A DNA stretch of 64,000 nt, from contig NC_058131.1 in NCBI RefSeq assembly GCF_016433145.1, positions 48,447,795 through 48,511,794 of the forward strand, in the 5' to 3' direction. The stretch is from Gracilinanus agilis (lineage: Eukaryota). The notes under the pieces are model-generated. The model made no database searches and had not been told where the DNA came from. It saw nothing but the letters and a program-made list of their open reading frames with translations. Made by a program: the position numbers and the translations under genes. This document shows positions 58,401-64,000 of this stretch, one piece after another; position 1 is the stretch's first letter; each line of letters starts with the position of its first letter.

Positions 58401-61291
58401 GTCATCTCATGTAATCCTCATTATAACCCTTGAAGTGGGTACTGTTGTTATCCCCATCTTAAAGATGGGGAAACTGAGGCAAACAGGTTAAATGACTTGC
58501 CCTAGGTCATGCATCTAGAGTCAAAGGTCAGATCTCATCTCAGGTCTTCCTGATTCTGGGCCCAATGCTCTACCCAGAAGTATAAGTGCTTACCCTTTTA
58601 TTCTTTGTGTTTCAGTTTGATAGACACACCAATAAAGCATAAGATAGCCAATGAGTGGGTTGTGGGAGCTATATTCCATCTATAGTTTACTTAAAATAAA
58701 AGGAGTCCAGGGTAATCTACACATGGGATAGTCTAGAGCAAGCTAACATCAAGCCCCAAATTCCAGGGGAATCTCCCAAACTAAGATGAGATTCCCAGAA
58801 TCCTCTTCCCTGAACTTTTAGGATATCTTACCCAGGATTCATTCATTCATTCCTACTTTTCCTTATTCTTCAACTTCAAATGATTTCTCTCTGTGTTCCT
58901 ACTGTCGACTTTTCTAAAGGGATTCATTCTTGAATGAATCAGGATATGGATGTAAAAAGCCATTTCTCTGAACTGGATTGTTCTAGAGCTTGTCATGTGG
59001 TTTTCTCTCCCTCTGGGAAGAGACATGAATTGAAATCTTAGGTCAGGCTTAAAAGATGCACCTGCTTCAAGTCTACTTACAAACATCACATCCACAATCC
59101 ATCAGCACCATTTATCCTTTGCTAATTCTGTCTTTAGGTAGTTATCCCACAGCAATAAAATGGAAGGACAACAGACACCTGGACCGGAGCCTCATTGACC
59201 AAAAAAACAAACAGGAAGTGAGATTTCTTTTTAACTACTTTTCTTTAGGGATTGTAGGTTTCAAAGACGGGAGTGACTTTTGTGGACAATAACAACATTG
59301 ACCAATATGTCCTTCTAAAGAAACTTTCAACCAGAGCAACACTATTATTTTTGAAATTCTGGGTTCCTGAGCAAAATAAAAAACAGTTTGCTATAAAGGG
59401 CACCATGATATACCACAATTGTGAACTTTTCCAAACCCAACTTCTCTCCCTGAAATGCAAGGTTTGAGCCCATGAACAGAGAAATTTGAGATTTATGAGA
59501 CAAATATATGTGAAATCCCTACTATGTACCAAAGTCTGTTAGATGAGATCTCCATACCTAATGGACCTTAGATGGCATAGCTTAAGTAACTAATTTATAA
59601 AGAGTAAAGGGTTCTTGATAGAGCCTTCCTTTGGTGATTATTTGCATTATCTAAAACTCTGCATGAGCAAAACCTTGACTATAAATAGTCCATCAAAGGA
59701 GCCAGGACCCTAACATGACTTCTAGCTTATTCTCCAGAGCTCTTCAGCTCCAAATTCCCCAAACTTTATAGGGTCTTTTGCTAGGCTATTTCTATGTGTG
59801 TCACCTTACAGGAAGAGAGTAAGGAACAGTGTTAGATGGTTATGAAAGGCTCTTCTCCCCATTTAATAGGGAAACCCTGGATATTTATCCACTATTCCTT
59901 GAGGTAGGGAGACCTTATGGGCAGTAAGAGACAGGGGAAGAATGTTGGATCTGGATTTAAATTATCATCTTTGCAAATTATTAGCATTTACTAGGTTCCT
60001 GCTGTGTGTTGGACCCTGGGAAGCACTTAACCTGTACGAGAGCCTTAGTTTATCATTATTAGGAGGGAGCTAGACCAGATATTCTCTAAGCTCCCCTCCA
60101 GCTCTAACTTGTTTGATCTTCTGGCCAAGCTACTAGGTGGCACAGGAATAGAGCACTGGACTTGGAGTCAGATGAGTTCAAATCTTCATTCCCATATTTA
60201 CTGGCCATGTGCCCCTAGGCAGGAGATGGAGCCTCAGAATGATAAGGGTTTAAGTAGATATTAGATGATTGTGTGTTGGGGAATAGATAGGATTCATAAT
60301 CTGAGGCAGCTAGGTGGTATAGCTGATAAATCGCTGGCTCTAGAAGACTTGGGTTCAAACCTAATCTTCCCTTAGCTTAGGCAAATCACCAAACCTTTCT
60401 GCCTCAATTTCTTCAACTGTAAAATGAGGACAATAAGAACACCTACTTTCTAGGGTTATGAGACTCAAATGAAAGTCCTTGTAAAGCTCTTAGCACAATG
60501 GCTGGCATATAGCAGGTACTATATAAATGCTTGTTTCTCCTTCCCCTTTCATCCTTCATTTGTTGTCAGACAACAGGGTTAGTCCTCCAGGTTTCCCTAT
60601 ACATCCTTTCCCATCTTCCCCTAATCACCCAAACTGGCTTTTAGGGTTTGCCTCCTTAGTGCTCCCATACCTGAATATAATCCACGGAGTCCCCAAGGGC
60701 TTTGAAGGCCGTGTACATCACTTCCCGTTTGCCACCCCACTTCTGCATGATACAGGAAAAGGTGCTGCCTCGAACCACTTGGTGGACACGGCCCATACCC
60801 TCTTTTAAACTGTCCTCTGACTCGCCCTCTCCCACATCGTGGAAGTTGCTCTGCCAGATGTAGCAGCCTGTGTGTTCTGAACCGAGCACCTCATGGAAGA
60901 TGTCCAGCATGTAAGTGTCCTCCTGCCTGTTGCCGTCCACCACCATCACCACCTTCAGGTTGGGGAAGGAGATGCGCTGTGCAGACCGGAGACACTTGCG
61001 CAGGTAATCAGGGTCCTCCTGGTAGGCAGCAATGCACAGAGCAACCGATGGGGCCAGCTTCAGGGGTCGCCCTCCTCGGCGCATGCGCCGGTGCTCCAAG
61101 AAGGCAAAAAGGCTCTGAATGAGGAGGTGCAGGCCCAGGATGGCGCCATACAGGCCAAAGGAGAGGTAGTGCTTCTCTGTGTGGATGAACTGATAGCCAG
61201 TCACGTATGCAGCCAGGATTCCTCCTAGGACCGCCAGGGCAAAGAGGCTGGTGCCCACTACACGTAGGGCTGTGCTCAAGTGGACTGGCAT
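54496..61291 (-). CDS. HAS3: Hyaluronan synthase 3, whole spliced CDS, 548 aa
   Basis: Coding exons 61291-60671 (621 nt), 56623-56522 (102 nt) and 55419-54496 (924 nt), all phase 0 with GT-AG ends. Contains the DSD and QQTRW glycosyltransferase-2 motifs, and the C-terminus ...YSLAFAEV is HAS3-type. Confidence 0.97.
56522..56623 (-). CDS. HAS3: HAS3 middle coding exon ([34 protein letters not shown])
   Basis: cag acceptor, CAA|gtaag donor, 102 nt. Too short for the ORF track. Confidence 0.96.
60671..61291 (-). CDS. HAS3: HAS3 first coding exon ([24 protein letters not shown]...GDSVDYIQ)
   Basis: Acceptor cag directly precedes the ATG at 61291; CAG|gtatgg donor. The upstream non-coding exon was not located. 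Confidence 0.96.
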
Positions 61292-61322
61292 CTGTTCAAA
61301 GAGAAAATCGGAATAAAAGTCA

Positions 61323-61350
61323 ATATATATATATATATTTTTTTTTTTTT
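61323..61350. repeat. (TA)n plus poly-T microsatellite
   Basis: atatatatatatatattttttttttttt, about 30 nt upstream of the HAS3 ATG-exon acceptor. Confidence 0.9.
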
Positions 61351-61877
61351 CTTTTCCCCTCTTTAACCTGGAGCTTCCCATTTTGCTCAGGCTGAAAGTG
61401 CAACAACCACTCACAGACCAGCTTTTGGTACCGATTGGCACAGGAGCTTTGCTCTGCTGTTTTCAATCAGAGTAGTTTCACCCTTCCTTAGGGAACCTGA
61501 TGGCCCCCATTCCAAGGGGTCTACCATACTGGTGCCAGACTTGATTTGGCCCCTGAAGATCAGAACTCCCCATATGAAACAATCCACCAGCCTCAGCCTC
61601 CCCCAGCAGCAGAGATTACAGATGTGGCCCTGGGTAGACTACAATAAACATTTATTAAGTATTCACTGTGTACCAGGCATTGTGCATAACTCTGGGGGTA
61701 TGAAGTTTCTGCCCTGGAAAGGTTCACAGTCTAACGATGGAGACAAAAGGCAGATATACACAGGGTGTGTGAAAGGTGATCTCAGAAGGAAGGCGCTAGC
61801 AGGGGAAGACGAAGGACAAGGAAAGGCCTCCTGGCAAGTGATAAAAGCATCTCCTGTGTGGGAAGCCCTTTGCTGAC

Positions 61878-62135
61878 CAGTGTTGTTCAGTTGCTTTAGT
61901 GGAGTCAGACTCTTTGTGACCCCACTGGGGGTTTCCTTGGCAAAGATCCTGGAGTGGTTTGCCATTTCCTTCTCTAGCTCATTTGACATATGAGGAAACT
62001 GAGGCCAAACAGGGCTTAGTGGCTTTCCCAGGGTCACCCAGTTTAGGAAGTGTCTGAGGCCAGATTCAAAGTTAGAAAGATGAGTCTTCCTGTCTCCAGG
62101 CCCAGCCCTCTATCCCCTGAGCCACCTTAGCTGCC
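61878..62135 (-). mobile_element. MAR1-type marsupial SINE (RTE-related tail plus CORE)
   Basis: RTE-type tail text gactctttgtgacccca...gagtggtttgccatttccttctc joined to the CORE gaggaaactgaggc...cagggtcacccag, ending ccaccttagctgccc. Confidence 0.7.
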
Positions 62136-64000
62136 CAAAAAGTAGTTGAGAGCATGAACAGGACATGCAAACATGGGCGCTTTGGCAGCCTTCTGCAGTT
62201 AACTGGTCTGCTCCAGCACTTTGGGATGGAAAGAAATAGCTTGGAGGAGACCAAAGTGAAGAAGCTTCTCCACACTTGGCAGTGGAGAGAGGAGGAGGGA
62301 TAAGGAGAAGAGTGAAGTGCTGTGGCCCAGGGAAGTCTTCCTGCCAATAAAGGGTGAGCACCCTCTACGTGCTGGGCACTGGGCTAAGCGATGGGGGTAC
62401 AAAGGCAGGAAAAAGAAGGTCCCTGGCCTCCACACTCAGTCTGGCATGCAAACAGCCCTGGACAAAGTAAGCAGGAGTTAATCCCCAGAGGAAGGTCTTA
62501 GAATGAAGAGGAGTCAGGAAAGTCTTCCCGCAGAGGGAGGGATTTTAGCTGGGATCCTTTGTATGAGCAAAGGACGGAGACTCCATCTCTCACAGCCAGC
62601 TTCAGAGGAGAGAATGCTGGGTACAAAGAATAGCTCCTAATGGGGAGGGGATCTGGGAAGTGGTAGGGGGCAAACTGGCATACGGCTGAGGGAGGAGGGG
62701 AGAGAAAAGCACCCAAGGGTAACAAAGGACAAAAATTAAAATGAAGAGAAAGTTTCCCTGCGCCCTTTCACCCTTCCTTTTCCTGAGCAGGGGGTTGAGA
62801 CCAGGCGGGAAAGTAAACAGGAAAACAGTGCAAGGGAGGGGGGAGGAAATGGATGCTGAGGGCAGGGAGAAGGTGAGCTGTGTGGGAAGCCCTCAAGGAA
62901 GCCCTGCGGCCAGGGGAACTGCAAGGACACAAGGGCTGCTGCTCCGGTGCCTCTGAGGAGGCTGCTGCCACTGCAGCGAACATGGGTCTGCCCAGTCCTG
63001 GGGCTGGCCCTCTGCTGTTCACAGTCTTGCCATTCACTCCCTCTCTCCTGGAGGAACTGAAGTGGCTCTAGCTTCCAGCCTGCTGCATGTAGGCAGCCAC
63101 AGAGGAACCCGAATTACCCAGCACAATGCCATCCCTACCCCAGGAGCTTCCGACCCCCCAATAATTATGTGGAGGCCACCAAGCAGCAAAGAGACGACTG
63201 TTGTTCAGTTTGACCCCATTGGGGCCTTTCTTGTGAGAGAAACTGGACTAGTTGGCCAATTCATTTTCCTGCTCATTTGACAGATAAAGAAACTGAGACA
63301 AGTGAATAAGTGCCTTGTGCAGATTCACGCAGCTAGTAAGGGTCTTTGGTCACATTTGAACTCAGGACTTCCTGACTCCAGACCCTGCAGGCTATCCACT
63401 TCAAGCCTGGCAGTCCTAACCAATAGACCATAGACCAACGCCAGGACGGTCCATTTCTCACTTGACTTGATCAAATCGGGGCCCTCCCCCCCCAAATCTT
63501 CAGCTCCCATACCCACCTACCCAGGAGAGGAGAAGCGGTCCCAGAAGCTACTTGCCCGGTTAATCGGGGCAGTCCAACTCATCCATCAGGGTAGCCCCTT
63601 CTAGGAAGGGCAAGACACCGATTCTTGCTTCCCCTGTCCCCTCCTCCACCCTCCAATCCATTCTCATCCTTCAAGAAATACTTCATCAAAGGAACTCTGA
63701 GAGTGTCTAGGCTTCTTTTATACTAGTGAAGGGGCATCTCTGAGACGTCTCCATTCCCGTCATCCCAAGGAGCACAATTCCTGTACTTTTCCCTCCACTC
63801 CAAATCTCGACAAGAAAGCAAGGTCTCTGCCACCCCTAACACTCTCCTTCAGCCTGTGCGGCCAGGGGCGGGCTCTTATCTGCAGCAGAGAAACTCCTCA
63901 ACACCATTGAACCTCAGCTCTAGAATACATGAAATTCGAGGTCCACAGTCCTACCTATCGGGTCACCACACTGAAAAGGGATTATTCAGGACACCTGAAA

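Noticed and set aside
56740-59960. Patches with LTR-like features (AATAAA at ~57166, TATAAATAG at ~59680) in the HAS3 intron
   Set aside because: No TG...CA boundaries, TSDs or gag/pol remnants could be established by eye. A Dfam search is needed.
60656-61441. ORF-track N-terminal extension of HAS3 (MPIGTKSW...) and tail VWEH
   Set aside because: The extension starts at a GTG and reads through intron sequence including the (TA)n repeat. A canonical acceptor sits immediately before the true ATG at 61291, and a donor sits at 60671.
61409-61470. Possible small HAS3 5' non-coding exon with a GTGAGT donor at 61414
   Set aside because: The exonic side of the donor is weak (TCT) and there is no clear acceptor or start site, so it cannot be supported from sequence alone.

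Overview
Marsupial genomic DNA, most likely an opossum/didelphid such as Monodelphis, judged from many young SINE1_Mdo-type and MAR1 SINEs. It is syntenic with human 16q22.1 and carries five coding units. (1) SNTB2: first coding exon on the minus strand (ATG at 315, running off the window). (2) UTP4/CIRH1A: complete, minus strand, 15 coding exons, 2061 nt, 686 aa. (3) CHTF8: plus strand, 121 aa, head-to-head with UTP4 at a CpG-island bidirectional promoter. (4) DERPC: an intronless 670-aa Gly/Pro-rich ORF in the CHTF8 last exon, whose ATG overlaps the CHTF8 stop (GT-ATGA). (5) HAS3: complete CDS, minus strand, 3 coding exons, 548 aa, tail-to-tail with CHTF8/DERPC. Introns hold L1, L2, MIR, MAR1 and SINE1 fragments. 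Best leads: the CHTF8/DERPC two-protein locus (stop-start overlap, exon-3 skipping switch, C_CCA_AAA heptamer, alternative-frame ORF); a (GGLGA)12 elastin-like array in DERPC; an apparently fused UTP4 exon (candidate intron loss); and inverted young SINE pairs in UTP4 introns. Gene names and human comparisons come from recalled protein sequences, not a database search.
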